This document shows positions 1-13,100 of a stretch of 64,000 nucleotides of DNA, in pieces (within the stretch, counting starts at the first letter, position 1; each line of letters begins with the position of its first letter). The translations under genes were made by a program, and so were the position numbers. The DNA is taken from the NCBI RefSeq assembly GCF_902652985.1, contig NC_047018.1:27590001-27654000 (forward strand), in the 5' to 3' direction. Below the pieces are notes generated by a model. The model ran no database searches. It was not told the DNA's origin and was given only the letters and a program-made list of their open reading frames with translations. Source of the DNA: Pecten maximus (taxonomy: Eukaryota).

Positions 1-15
1 TGACGACTTATACTC

Positions 16-119
16 TCTTAATCCTCATACTACATCTTAATCCTCATACTACATCTTAATCCTCATACTACATCTTAATCCTCATACTACATCTTAATCC
101 TCATACTTCATCTTAATCC
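16..119. repeat. 19-bp minisatellite (CTTAATCCTCATACTACAT), ~5 copies
   Basis: CTTAATCC recurs every 19 nt (17, 36, 55...). Confidence 0.95.
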
Positions 120-1065
120 AATACTGGGACGTATATTGGGACTTTACACAATATAAAGCCAACCATTGCTGGCATACGGACACCCTCTCCTACTGGAATC
201 TTATATGACGTTAACTGCGTGTTTACTGCATAAACATAATAAAAATATAGCAGAATTTTTAGCGAACTAAATCGATTACATTTCCTTAGATTCGAAACCG
301 GAACCGATCCAGTATTAGGACAGTCCACATACGTTTATTACCCGGTAACTATAGAGAGGAGTTCATCAAGCATAAGGTACATGATATACTCCCTGGGTGC
401 GCACCCCTTTGTAAGATACTTACTCGAGCTTGGTCCAGACAAGAGTCACTATACTTCAGTTTTGGGTAGATGACATCATAAGTCCCATCCAAAGTCTTCC
501 CATATTACAGAATTAAACATTGATGAAAACAATCCTTATTTGTTTGCTGGCTGATCCATAATTATTGAGAATCCTGAGAATTAACTTCTAATCAGCCGTG
601 ATGTCGTCCTTTGCCGGTAACAGGAGTTAGGTGGTGTTTGAGTACCTGGGGTGTGTGTATGATCGATCTCCTGGCTGTCAGATTCTCTCTGTCTTAGAGC
701 TGTTAATCACTTACATAGCGTGGTTGACGGGGATACACCACAGTGGAAGGATGAACGTAGATTCAAAACATATCTCAGGTAGTGTATAGGTGCCACAGTT
801 AATTTATTTAGTCCGAATGTGACAGTACTATCGACAACAACACAATGGTATCTCCTAATGCCGTAGACGGAAACGTATCCTCTGAAGCGCTGCAATCAAC
901 ACACACGTGGTTACAATAAACGCAAAAGTCCATTAATGTATAACGTTGAACTTATCACAACAAATAAATCAGAATATGCTTTATTTCTATAAAGGAAAAT
1001 CAGCTACATGATACAGCGTTGCAAAGTTATGACCTTAACGCAGCTTAAGCTATACATGAATAACA

Positions 1066-4000
1066 CGACATGTAGTGGGTAACAGTTGGTGGTTTCTGTT
1101 CTCCTCCCCGACATGTAGTGGGTAACAGTTGGTGGTTTCTGTTCTCCTCCCCGACATGTAGTAGGTAACAGTGGGTGGTTTCTGTTCTCCTCCCCGACAT
1201 GTAGTGGGTTACAGTGGATGGTTTCTGTTCTCCTCCCCGACATGTAGTGAGTAACAGTGGGTGGTTTCTGTTCTCCTCCCTGACATGTAGTGGGTAACAG
1301 TGGGTGGTTTCTGTTCTCCTCCCCGACATGTAGTGGGTTACAGTGGATGGTTTCTGTTCTCCTCCCTGACATGTAGTGGGTAACAGTGGGTGGTTTCTGT
1401 TCTCCTCCCCGACATGTAGTAGGTAACAGTGGGTGGTTTCTGTTCTCCTCCCCGACATGTAGTGGGTAAAAGTAGGTGGTTTCTGTTCTCCTCCCCGACA
1501 TGTAGTGGGTAACAGTGTGTGGTTTCTGTTCTCCTCCCCGACATGTAGTGGGTAACAGTAAGTGGTTTCTGTCCCCTCCTCGGCATGTAGTGGGTAACAG
1601 TGGGTGGTTTCTGTTCTCCTCCCCGACATGTAGTGGGTAACAGTGGATGGTTTCTGTTCTCCTCCCCGACATGTAGTGGGTAACAGTAGGTAGTTTCTGT
1701 TCTCCTCCCCGACATGTAGTGGGTAACAGTGTGTGGTTTCTGTTCTCCTCCCCGACATGTAGTGGGTAACAGTAAGTGGTTTCTGTCCCCTCCTCGGCAT
1801 GTAGTGGGTAACAGTGGGTGGTTTCTGTTCTCCTCCCCGACATTTAGTGGGTAACAGTTGGTGGTTTCTGTTCTCCTCCCCGATATGTAGTGGGTAACAG
1901 TTGGTGGTTTCTGTTCTCCTCCCCGACATGTAGTAGGTAACAGTGGGTGGTTTCTGTTCTCCTCCCCGACATGTAGTGGGTTACAGTGGATGGTTTCTGT
2001 TCTCCTCCCCGACATGTAGTGAGTAACAGTGGGTGGTTTCTGTTCTCCTCCCTGACATGTAGTGGGTAACAGTGGGTGGTTTCTGTTCTCCTCCCCGACA
2101 TGTAGTGGGTTACAGTGGATGGTTTCTGTTCTCCTCCCTGACATGTAGTGGGTAACAGTGGGTGGTTTCTGTTCTCCTCCCCGACATGTAGTAGGTAACA
2201 GTGGGTGGTTTCTGTTCTCCTCCCCGACATGTAGTGGGTAACAGTAGGTGGTTTCTGTTCTCCTCCCCGACATGTAGTGGGTAACAGTGTGTGGTTTCTG
2301 TTCTCCTCGCCGACATGTAGTGGGTAACAGTAAGTGGTTTCTGTCCCCTCCTCGGCATGTAGTGGGTAACAGTGGGTGGTTTCTGTTCTCCTCCCCGACA
2401 TGTAGTGGGTAACAGTGGATGGTTTCTGTTCTCCTCCCCGACATGTAGTGGGTAACAGTAGGTGGTTTATGTTCTCCTCCCTGACATGTAGTGGGTTACA
2501 GTGTGTTTCTGTTCTCCTCCCCGACAAGTAGTGGGTAACAGTGGGTGGTTTCTGTTCTCCTCCCTGACATGTAGTGGGTAACAGTGGGTGGTTTCTATTC
2601 TCCTCCCCGACATGTAGTGAGTAACAGTGGGTGGTTTCTGTTCTCCTCCCTGACATGTAGTGGGTTACAGTAGGTGGTTTCTGTTCTCCTCCCTGACATG
2701 TAGTGGGTTACAGTAGGTGGTTTCTGTTCTCCTCCCCGACATGTAGTGGGTAACAGTGGGTGGTTTCTGTTCTCCTCCCCGACATGTAGTGGGTTACAGT
2801 AGGTGGTTTCTGTTCTCCTCTCCGACATGTAGTGAGTAACAGTGGGTGGTTTCTGTTCTCCTCCCCGACATGTAGTGGGTAACAGTAGGTAGTTTCTGTT
2901 CTCCTCCCCGACATGTAGTGGGTAACAGTGGGTGGTTTCTGTTCTCCTCCCCGACATGTAGTGGGTAACAGTAGGTGGTTTCTGTTCTCCTCCTTGACAT
3001 GTAGTGGGTTACAGTGGATGGTTTCTGTTCTCCTCCCCGACATGTAGTGAGTAACAGTGGGTGGTTTCTGTTCTCCTCCCCGACATGTAGTGGGTTACAG
3101 TGGATGGTTTCTGTTCTCCTCCCCGACATGTAGTGAGTAACAGTGTGTGGTTTCTGTTCTCCTCCCCGACAAGTAGTGGGTAACAGTGGATGGTTTCTGT
3201 TCTCCTCCCCGACATGTAGTGGGTAACAGTTGGTGGTTTCTGTTCTCCTCTCCGACATGTAGTGGGTAACAGTGGGTGGTTTCTGTTCTCCTCCCTGACA
3301 TGTAGTGGGTAACAGTGGGTGGTTTCTATTCTCCTCCCCGACATGTAGTGGGTAACAGTGGGTGGTTTCTGTTCTCCTCCCCGACATGTAGTGGGTAACA
3401 GTGGGTGGTTTCTGTTCTCCTCCCCGACATGTAGTGGGTAACGGTGGGTGGTTTCTATTCTCCTCCCCGACATGTAGTGGGTAACAGTGGGTGGTTTCTG
3501 TTCTCCTCCCCGACATGTAGTGGGTAACAGTGGGTGGTTTCTGTTCTCCTCCCCGACATGTAGTGGGTAACAGTGGGTGGTTTCTGTTCTCCTCCCCGAC
3601 ATGTAGTGGGTAACAGTGGATGGTTTCTGTTCTCCTCCTCGACATGTAGTGGGTAACAGTTGGTGGTTTCTGTTCTCCTCCCCGACATGTAGTGGGTAAC
3701 AGTGGGTGGTTTCTGTTCTCCTCCCCGACATGTAGTGAGTAACAGTGTGTGGTTTCTGTTCTCCTCCCCGACAAGTAGTGGGTAACAGTGGATGGTTTCT
3801 GTTCTCCTCCCCGACATGTAGTGGGTAACAGTGGGTGGTTTCTATTCTCCTCCCCGACATGTAGTGGGTAACAGTGGGTGGTTTCTGTTCTCCTCTCCGA
3901 CATGTAGTGGGTAACAGTGGGTGGTTTCTGTTCTCCTCCCCGACACGTAGTGGGTAACAGTGGGTGGTTTCTATTCTCCTCCCCGACATGTAGTGGGTAA

Positions 4001-4554
4001 CAGTGGGTGGTTTCTGTTCTCCTCCCCGACATGTAGTGGGTAACAGTGGTTGGTTTCTGTTCTCCTCCCTGACATGAAGTGGGTAACAGTGGGTGGTTTC
4101 TGTTCTCCTCCCCGACATGTAGTGGGTAACAGTGGATGGTTTCTGTTCTCCTCCTCGACATGTAGTGGGTAACAGTGGGTGGTTTCTGTTCTCCTCCCCG
4201 ACATGTAGTGGGTAACAGTGGGTGGTTTCTGTTCTCCTCCCCGACATGTAGTGGGTAACAGTGGGTGGTTTCTGTTCTCCTCCCCGACATGTAGTGGGTA
4301 ACAGTGGGTGGTTTCTGTTCTCCTCCCCGACATGTAGTGGGTAACAGTGGATGGTTTCTGTTCTCCTCCTCGACATGTAGTGGGTAACAGTGGGTGGTTT
4401 CTGTTCTCCTCCCCGACATGTAGTGGGTAACAGTGGGTGGTTTCTGTTCTCCTCCCCGACATGTAGTGGGTAACAGTGGGTGGTTTCTGTTCTCCTCCCC
4501 GACATGTAGTGGGTAACAGTGGGTGGTTTCTGTTCTCCTCCCCGACATGTAGTA
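1066..4554. repeat. 43-bp tandem array (GACATGTAGTGGGTAACAGTGGGTGGTTTCTGTTCTCCTCCCC), ~80 copies
   Basis: Directly visible head-to-tail units; source of all minus-strand ORFs between 1004 and 4571. Confidence 0.98.
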
Positions 4555-4573
4555 TGTACATTATTTGTCATAT

Positions 4574-4650
4574 AGAGTGGACCCTCGATAATCCGAACAC
4601 CTTCGTTCCCAGTCCAAACCGTCCGGATTACGAGTTTTCCGGACTGCCGA
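4574..4650 (+). mobile_element. Possible left end of a pogo/Tc1-mariner-type non-autonomous element
   Basis: AGAGTGGACCCTCGATAATCCGAACA followed by an inverted CCGGATTACGAG resembles pogo-like termini; no matching right end found. Confidence 0.3.
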
Positions 4651-6461
4651 ATTTCGTCTACCAGGTCAAAAAATTGTCGTGTAAGAGTTATCTCCCTTGA
4701 TTATATACAATCCGGGACGTTTCATAAACACGTCTAATTGTCAGACTTTTTAACAATAAATATACGTATGTTTCTGATATGATTCTTGTTTTGTTTTGTA
4801 GAAAGTAAAAAATAAACTATGTTTTTAGAAGAACATGTAAAGTGAAAGTTGTTTTATTTATAGCGGGCATATGTGACCTACAAACACACACATGTGTCAC
4901 GTCCCGGAGGTTCACAATCAAGTAGAAATTACAAACGTTAAATACCTTAAACAAAAGACCCGGATTTTACAACTTACCATCAGTCCAAGTTTTTTTATGA
5001 TTTTTACGTACCAGAAACCCCAAGCTATCTATATAAAAGTACGCGACACCAGCGAGAACTACCCAAGATGTCCGATAATTATTAAACCCGTATTCACTTA
5101 ACAATGTGACAAACTGTACATATTACAAATTACACAGAAGTGCTTAGGTAAGTGTTTGTACTCACAGGTATCAGATACGTCAAGATTATTTTTCTTCTTT
5201 TTAGTACTAAATGGGATTAATATAATAGTTAATAGACCTCTCGGCTCATTAAAATCAAAAAGTTGTTTAAGTGCTCTACCTTGTCAGTGGCCCTTGTGAC
5301 GTTGAAATGGGTCAAAGTATTTTATTTCCGCAACATATCTATCTCAATTTGACGAATTCCTATCATTGACTCTTGTGACCTTGAATATGGCCAAGGTCGT
5401 TTATTTTGGCAAACTATGTCAGGCTTCATTCCAATACCTGTTCACCAAATATCATGATCATTTTGGTGGATTGGCCGACGACGAACGCAAAGGCTCGCTA
5501 TGGCATTGCTGTTCATTAGGTTGTGCTGACTGTCTAGCAGAGATGCCTTATAATTTATCAAATAAACAATTGCTGAAGAAAAAATGAAATATTATTATGT
5601 AGATTCAATTCTCGATTAAATTGTAAGGACTAACTTTGAAACATATATCGAGTCAACTGTGTCAGTAACACGTAGAACGGTTTCTGTGATTGAAGTTTCA
5701 CGTCCAGACTAGTTCGATGTACTTTAATTTGATATCGTTGTGAGTAATCTCACCTCTGAAGCGGTCTTGTGTTCACACAAATATTCGTCCCGGAGAGCAT
5801 ACTCTCTCACACTGCTCCGTTACCCGAGCACGCGACATACCGGGGTATCCACAAAGTGTTTGATGTCACGCGCTTTCGTTCCGTATTGGGTATATGTATC
5901 AAATGAGATATCAAACCGAGGATATTTCTTCAATTGTCTGGTTACCATCAGAACTTGACACAAAACAAATAAGCATATTCAACAAAAGGAGTGATTCTTG
6001 TCAATTATCTTTTTCGGTTTAAATCCCAGACACAATGGATTTCGAATAAAACTTGATCGAATAGGAAAACTGGACTCTCTTTCATTTACTTAAGCGATAA
6101 CAGTCGGTTTGTTTAAATAAAAACTAAAGAAAAACGACTCTTCTGACAATTATCATACGTATCTAATGAATATATATACGAAATTAAACAGTGTAGAATG
6201 AATTTCGGTGAACTCGAGACTGCGTGTGAGTTTGGCCAGTAACAATTGGGGTATACCTATATTAGGTGAGAACAGAGAGTGTTTTTATCGTAGTTTTGAT
6301 TGGGGACATATCTCATTACAAAGGTCTACTGTTGTCGGTAAACCGAAAACAACCACATCACTGCGGCGCGGCATAACCAAGCCGGTGATGACAACGTCCT
6401 GCCATGTTTGGGAAAGCTAGATAATTTCTTACGGAATGTGTAGACAAAACGTTACTAAATA

Positions 6462-6473
6462 ATACAGGTAAGT
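6462..6473 (+). other. Candidate splice donor (CAG|GTAAGT at 6467/6468) of a 5'UTR exon of the 264-aa gene
   Basis: Perfect consensus donor upstream of the 26-bp array; an acceptor lies at 16219, 22 nt before the ATG. The pairing is inference. Confidence 0.4.
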
Positions 6474-7185
6474 GTGATACGTTTCATAGTATTATATAAA
6501 CAAATATTACATAGTATTATATAAATATAGTACGGAAGATTATCATGTTTTAGTATTATCACTTATCTTAATTTTGAAAGCGCGTTGGGTTATTTTTAGA
6601 CGATTATATAGTTGATTACATTTGTGAATTTGACCAGCACGTGTCGATCTGCGTGAGAAATGTTTACGGGGATTACGTGTTGGCGAAGTCTCGTCATTAA
6701 CGATTTAAATCTATATATAAGTTTTATAATAATTCCATAATATTAGGTAACAGGATAAGTCTACCTGCTCATTTAGTCCATTCACAGATATTTTATACAT
6801 AGGTCCCATTGTAGGACACTGACCATAGTCAACTCACACTCCATGGCGTCGGTCGCTAAAATGTCAGAAAATTTACTCACAGTTTTCATTATCGATATTG
6901 ATTTACAAACAAAACAAACTTCAGCCGAGACCAAAATGACAAAAAGTTACACTTGATGGACGTTTCAAGGTAAGAACTAGAAGCATTTATGCAAAAATCT
7001 TTTAATCAACGAATTTATTCTAGAAGAGTAATTCTACTTAATGGTGCACACAAGGGCATTCCATTTGTCTTTTTAAGTTATACGGTAGACTTGTGAAACC
7101 ATCATAAGCTATGAGTTTTCAGTGGTTAAGTCGATAATGATAGATTTGTACTAAATAAAATACTACTTAAAAGTCCAAATAAAGT

Positions 7186-10100
7186 AAGCTAAGATGTTTT
7201 ACTGTTTTCCGTACTAAGACGTGTTACTGTTTGCCTGTACTAAGATGTTTTACTGTTTGTCCGTACTAAGATGTTTGTCTGTACTAAGATGTTTTACTGT
7301 TTGTCCGTACTAAGATGTTTTACTGTTTTCCGTACTAAGATATTTTACTGTTTGTCTGTACTAAGATGTTTTACTGTTTGTCCGTACTAAGATGTTTTAT
7401 TGTCTGTCCGTACTAAGATGTTTTACTGTTTGTCTGTACTAAGGTTTGATGGATGTTTGACTGTTTGTCCGTATTAAGATGTTTTACTGTTTTCCGTACT
7501 AAGATATTTTACTGTTTGTCTGTACTAAGATGTTTTACTGTTTGTCCGTACTAAGATGTTTTATTGTTTGTCCGTACTAAGATGTTTTACTGTTTGTCTG
7601 TACTAAGGTTTGATGGATGTTTGACTGTTTGTCCGTATTAAGATGTTTTACTGTTTGTCCGTACTAAGATGTTTTACTGTTTGTCCGTACTAAGATGTTT
7701 GTCTGTGCTAAGATGTTTTACTGTTTGTCCGTACTAAGATGTTTTACTGTTTTCCGTACTAAGATATTTTACTGTTTGTCTGTACTAAGATGTTTTACTG
7801 TTTGTCCGTACTAAGATGTTTGTCTGTACTAAGATGTTTTACTGTTTGTCTGTACTAAGATGTTTTATTGTTTGTCCGTACTAAGATGTTTTACTGTTTG
7901 TCTCTACTAAGATGTTTTACTGTTTGTCTGTACTAAGATGTTTTACTGTTTGTCCGTACTAAGATGTTTTATTGTTTGTCCGAACTAAGATGTTTTACTG
8001 TTTGTCTGTACTAAAGTTTGATGGATGTTTGACTGTTTGTCCGTACTAAGATGTTTAACTGTTTGTCCGTACTAAGATGTTTTACTGTTTGTCCGTACTA
8101 AGATGTTTTATTGTTTGTCCGTACTAAGATGTTTTATTGTTTGTCCGTACTAAGATGTTTTACTGTTTGTCTGTACTAAGGTTTGATGGATGTTTGACTG
8201 TTTGTCCGTATTAAGATGTTTTACTGTTTGTCTGTACTAAGATGTTTTACTGTTTGTCTGTACTTAGATGTTTGACTGTTTGTCCGTACTGAGATGTTTT
8301 ATTGTTTGTCTGTACTAAGATGTTTTATTGTTTGTCCGTACTAAGATGTTTTATTGTTTGTCCGTACTAAGATGGTTTACTGTTTGTCCGTACTAAGATG
8401 TTTTATTGTTTGTCTGTACTAAGATGTTTTACTGTTTGTCTGTACTAAGATGTTTTACTGTTTGTCCGTACTAAGATGTTTTATTGTTTGTCCGTACTAA
8501 GATGTTTTATTGTTTGTCTGTACTAAGGTTTGATGGATGTTTGACTGTTTGTCCGTATTAAGATGTTTTACTGTTTGTCTGTACTAAGATGTTTTACTGT
8601 TTGTCTGTACTTAGATGTTTGACTGTTTGTCCGTACTGAGATGTTATATTGTTTGTCTGTACTAAGATGTTTTATTGTTTGTCCGTACTAAGATGTTTTA
8701 TTGTTTGTCCGTACTAAGATGGTTTACTGTTTGTCCGTACTAAGATGTTTTATTGTTTGTCTGTACTAAGGTTTGATGGATGTTTGACTGTTTGTCCGTA
8801 CTAAGATGTTTAACTGTTTGTCCGTACTAAGATGTTTTACTGTTTGTCCGTACTAAGATGTTTTATTGTTTGTCCGTACTAAGATGTTTTACTGTTTGTC
8901 TGTACTAAGGTTTGATGGATGTTTGACTGTTTGTCCGTACTAAGATATTTTACTGTTTGTCTGTACTAAGATGTTTTATTGTTTGTCCGTACTAAGATGT
9001 TTTATTGTTTGTCCGTACTAAGATGTTTTACTGTTTGTCTGTACTAAGGTTTGATGGATGTTTGACTGTTTGTCCGTACTAAGATGTTTTACTGTTTGTC
9101 CGTACTAAGATGTTTTATTGTTTGTCCGTACTAAGATGTTTTACTGTTTGTCTGTACTAAGGTTTGATGGATGTTTGACTGTTTGTCCGTACTAAGATGT
9201 TTAACTGTTTGTCCGTACTAAGATGTTTTACTGTTTGTCCGTACTAAGATGTTTTATTGTTTGTCCGTACTAAGATGTTTTATTGTTTGTCCGTACTAAG
9301 ATGTTTTACTGTTTGTCTGTACTAAGGTTTGATGGATGTTTGACTGTTTCTCCGTATTAAGATGTTTTACTGTTTGTCTGTACTAAGATGTTTTAATGTT
9401 TGTCGGTACTTAGATGTTTGACTGTTTGTCCGTACTAAGATGTTTTATTGTTCGTCCGTACTAAGATGTTTTATTGTTTGTCCGTACTAAGATGTTTTAC
9501 TGTTTGTCCGTACTAAGATGTTTTACTGTTTGTCTGTACTAAGATGTTTTACTGTTTGTCTGTACTAAGATGTTTTACTGTTTGTCTGTACTGAGATGTT
9601 TTATTGTTTGTCTGTACTAAGATGTTTTATTGTTTGTCCGTACTAAGATGTTTTATTGTTTGTCCGTACTAAGATGTTTTACTGTTTGTCCGTACTAAGA
9701 TGTTTTACTGTTTGTCTGCACTAAGATGTTTTACTGTTTGTCCGTACTAAGATGTTTTATTGTTTGTCTGTACTAAGGTTTGATGGATGTTTGACTGTTT
9801 GTCCGTATGAAGATGTTTTACTGTTTGTCTGTACTAAGATGTTTGACTGTTTGTCTGTACTTAGATGTTTGACTGTTTGTCCGTACTGAGATGTTTTATT
9901 GTTTGTCTGTACTAAGATGTTTTATTGTTTGTCCGTACTAAGATGGTTTACTGTTTGTGCGTACTGAGATGTTTTATTGTTTGTCTGTACTAAGATGTTT
10001 TATTGTTTGTCTGTACTAAGATGTTTTATTGTTTGTCCGTACTAAGATGTTTTATTGTTTGTCCGTACTAAGATGGTTTACTGTTTGTCTGTACTAAGAT

Positions 10101-13100
10101 GTTTTACTGTTTGTCCCTACTAAGATGTTTTACTGTTTGTCCCTACTAAGATGATTTACTGTTTGTCTGTACTAAGATATTTTACTGTTTGTCTGTACTA
10201 AGATGTTTTATTGTTTGTCCGTACTAAGATGTTTTACTGTTTGTCTGTACTAAGATGTTTTATTGTTTGTCTGTACTAAGATGTTTTATTGTTTGTCCGT
10301 ACTAAGATGTTTTATTGTTTGTCCGTACTAAGATGTTTTACTGTTTGTCCGTACTAAGATGTTTTACTGTTTGTCTGTACTAAGATATTTTACTATTTGT
10401 CTGTACTAAGATGTTTTACTGTTTGTTTGTACTAAGATGTTTTACAGTTTGTCTGTACTAAGATGTTTTACTGTTTGTCTGTACTAAGGTTTGATGGATG
10501 TTTGACTGTTTCTCCGTATTAAGATGTTTTACTGTTTGTCTGTACTAAGATGTTTTAATGTTTGTCGGTACTTAGATGTTTGACTGTTTGTCCGTACTAA
10601 GATGTTTTATTGTTCGTCCGTACTAAGATGTTTTATTGTTTGTCCGTACTAAGATGTTTTACTGTTTGTCCGTACTAAGATGTTTTACTGTTTGTCTGTA
10701 CTAAGATGTTTTACTGTTTGTCTGTACTAAGATGTTTTACTGTTTGTCTGTACTGAGATGTTTTATTGTTTGTCTGTACTAAGATGTTTTATTGTTTGTC
10801 CGTACTAAGATGTTTTATTGTTTGTCCGTACTAAGATGTTTGTCTGTACTAAGGTTTGATGGATGTTTGACTGTTTGTCCGTATTAAGATGTTTTACTGT
10901 TTGTCCGTACTAAGATGTTTTACTGTTTGTCCGTACTAAGATGTTTGTCTGTGCTAAGATGTTTTACTGTTTGTCCGTACTAAGATGTTTTACTGTTTTC
11001 CGTACTAAGATATTTTACTGTTTGTCTGTACTAAGATGTTTTACTGTTTGTCCGTACTAAGATGTTTGTCTGTACTAAGATGTTTTACTGTTTGTCTGTA
11101 CTAAGATGTTTTATTGTTTGTCCGTACTAAGATGTTTTACTGTTTGTCTCTACTAAGATGTTTTACTGTTTGTCTGTACTAAGATGTTTTACTGTTTGTC
11201 CGTACTAAGATGTTTTATTGTTTGTCCGAACTAAGATGTTTTACTGTTTGTCTGTACTAAAGTTTGATGGATGTTTGACTGTTTGTCCGTACTAAGATGT
11301 TTAACTGTTTGTCCGTACTAAGATGTTTTACTGTTTGTCCGTACTAAGATGTTTTATTGTTTGTCCGTACTAAGATGTTTTATTGTTTGTCCGTACTAAG
11401 ATGTTTTACTGTTTGTCTGTACTAAGGTTTGATGGATGTTTGACTGTTTGTCCGTATTAAGATGTTTTACTGTTTGTCTGTACTAAGATGTTTTACTGTT
11501 TGTCTGTACTTAGATGTTTGACTGTTTGTCCGTACTGAGATGTTTTATTGTTTGTCTGTACTAAGATGTTTTATTGTTTGTCCGTACTAAGATGTTTTAT
11601 TGTTTGTCCGTACTAAGATGGTTTACTGTTTGTCCGTACTAAGATGTTTTATTGTTTGTCTGTACTAAGATGTTTTACTGTTTGTCTGTACTAAGATGTT
11701 TTACTGTTTGTCCGTACTAAGATGTTTTATTGTTTGTCCGTACTAAGATGTTTTATTGTTTGTCTGTACTAAGGTTTGATGGATGTTTGACTGTTTGTCC
11801 GTATTAAGATGTTTTACTGTTTGTCTGTACTAAGATGTTTTACTGTTTGTCTGTACTTAGATGTTTGACTGTTTGTCCGTACTGAGATGTTATATTGTTT
11901 GTCTGTACTAAGATGTTTTATTGTTTGTCCGTACTAAGATGTTTTATTGTTTGTCCGTACTAAGATGGTTTACTGTTTGTCCGTACTAAGATGTTTTATT
12001 GTTTGTCTGTACTAAGGTTTGATGGATGTTTGACTGTTTGTCCGTACTAAGATGTTTAACTGTTTGTCCGTACTAAGATGTTTTACTGTTTGTCCGTACT
12101 AAGATGTTTTATTGTTTGTCCGTACTAAGATGTTTTACTGTTTGTCTGTACTAAGGTTTGATGGATGCTTGACTGTTTGTCCGTACTAAGATATTTTACT
12201 GTTTGTCTGTACTAAGATGTTTTATTGTTTGTCCGTACTAAGATGTTTTATTGTTTGTCCGTACTAAGATGTTTTACTGTTTGTCTGTACTAAGGTTTGA
12301 TGGATGTTTGACTGTTTGTCCGTACTAAGATGTTTTACTGTTTGTCCGTACTAAGATGTTTTATTGTTTGTCCGTACTAAATGTTTTACTGTTTGTCTGT
12401 ACTAAGGTTTGATGGATGTTTGACTGTTTGTCCGTACTAAGATGTTTAACTGTTTGTCCGTACTAAGATGTTTTACTGTTTGTCCGTACTAAGATGTTTT
12501 ATTGTTTGTCCGTACTAAGATGTTTTATTGTTTGTCCGTACTAAGATGTTTTACTGTTTGTCTGTACTAAGGTTTGATGGATGTTTGACTGTTTCTCCGT
12601 ATTAAGATGTTTTACTGTTTGTCTGTACTAAGATGTTTTAATGTTTGTCGGTACTTAGATGTTTGACTGTTTGTCCGTACTAAGATGTTTTATTGTTCGT
12701 CCGTACTAAGATGTTTTATTGTTTGTCCGTACTAAGATGTTTTACTGTTTGTCCGTACTAAGATGTTTTACTGTTTGTCTGTACTAAGATGTTTTACTGT
12801 TTGTCTGTACTAAGATGTTTTACTGTTTGTCTGTACTGAGATGTTTTATTGTTTGTCTGTACTAAGATGTTTTATTGTTTGTCCGTACTAAGATGTTTTA
12901 TTGTTTGTCCGTACTAAGATGTTTTACTGTTTGTCCGTACTAAGATGTTTTACTGTTTGTCTGCACTAAGATGTTTTACTGTTTGTCCGTACTAAGATGT
13001 TTTATTGTTTGTCTGTACTAAGGTTTGATGGATGTTTGACTGTTTGTCCGTATGAAGATGTTTTACTGTTTGTCTGTACTAAGATGTTTGACTGTTTGTC

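Noticed and set aside
715-889. Possible minus-strand exon (TTGCAG...GTAAGT)
   Set aside because: Splice signals are good but the peptide is unrecognisable and no further exons could be linked; not listed as a feature.
1004-4571. Long minus-strand ORFs (up to 584 aa, MSGRRTETTHCYPLHVGEE...)
   Set aside because: Translations of the 43-bp array; the same peptide appears in all three frames.
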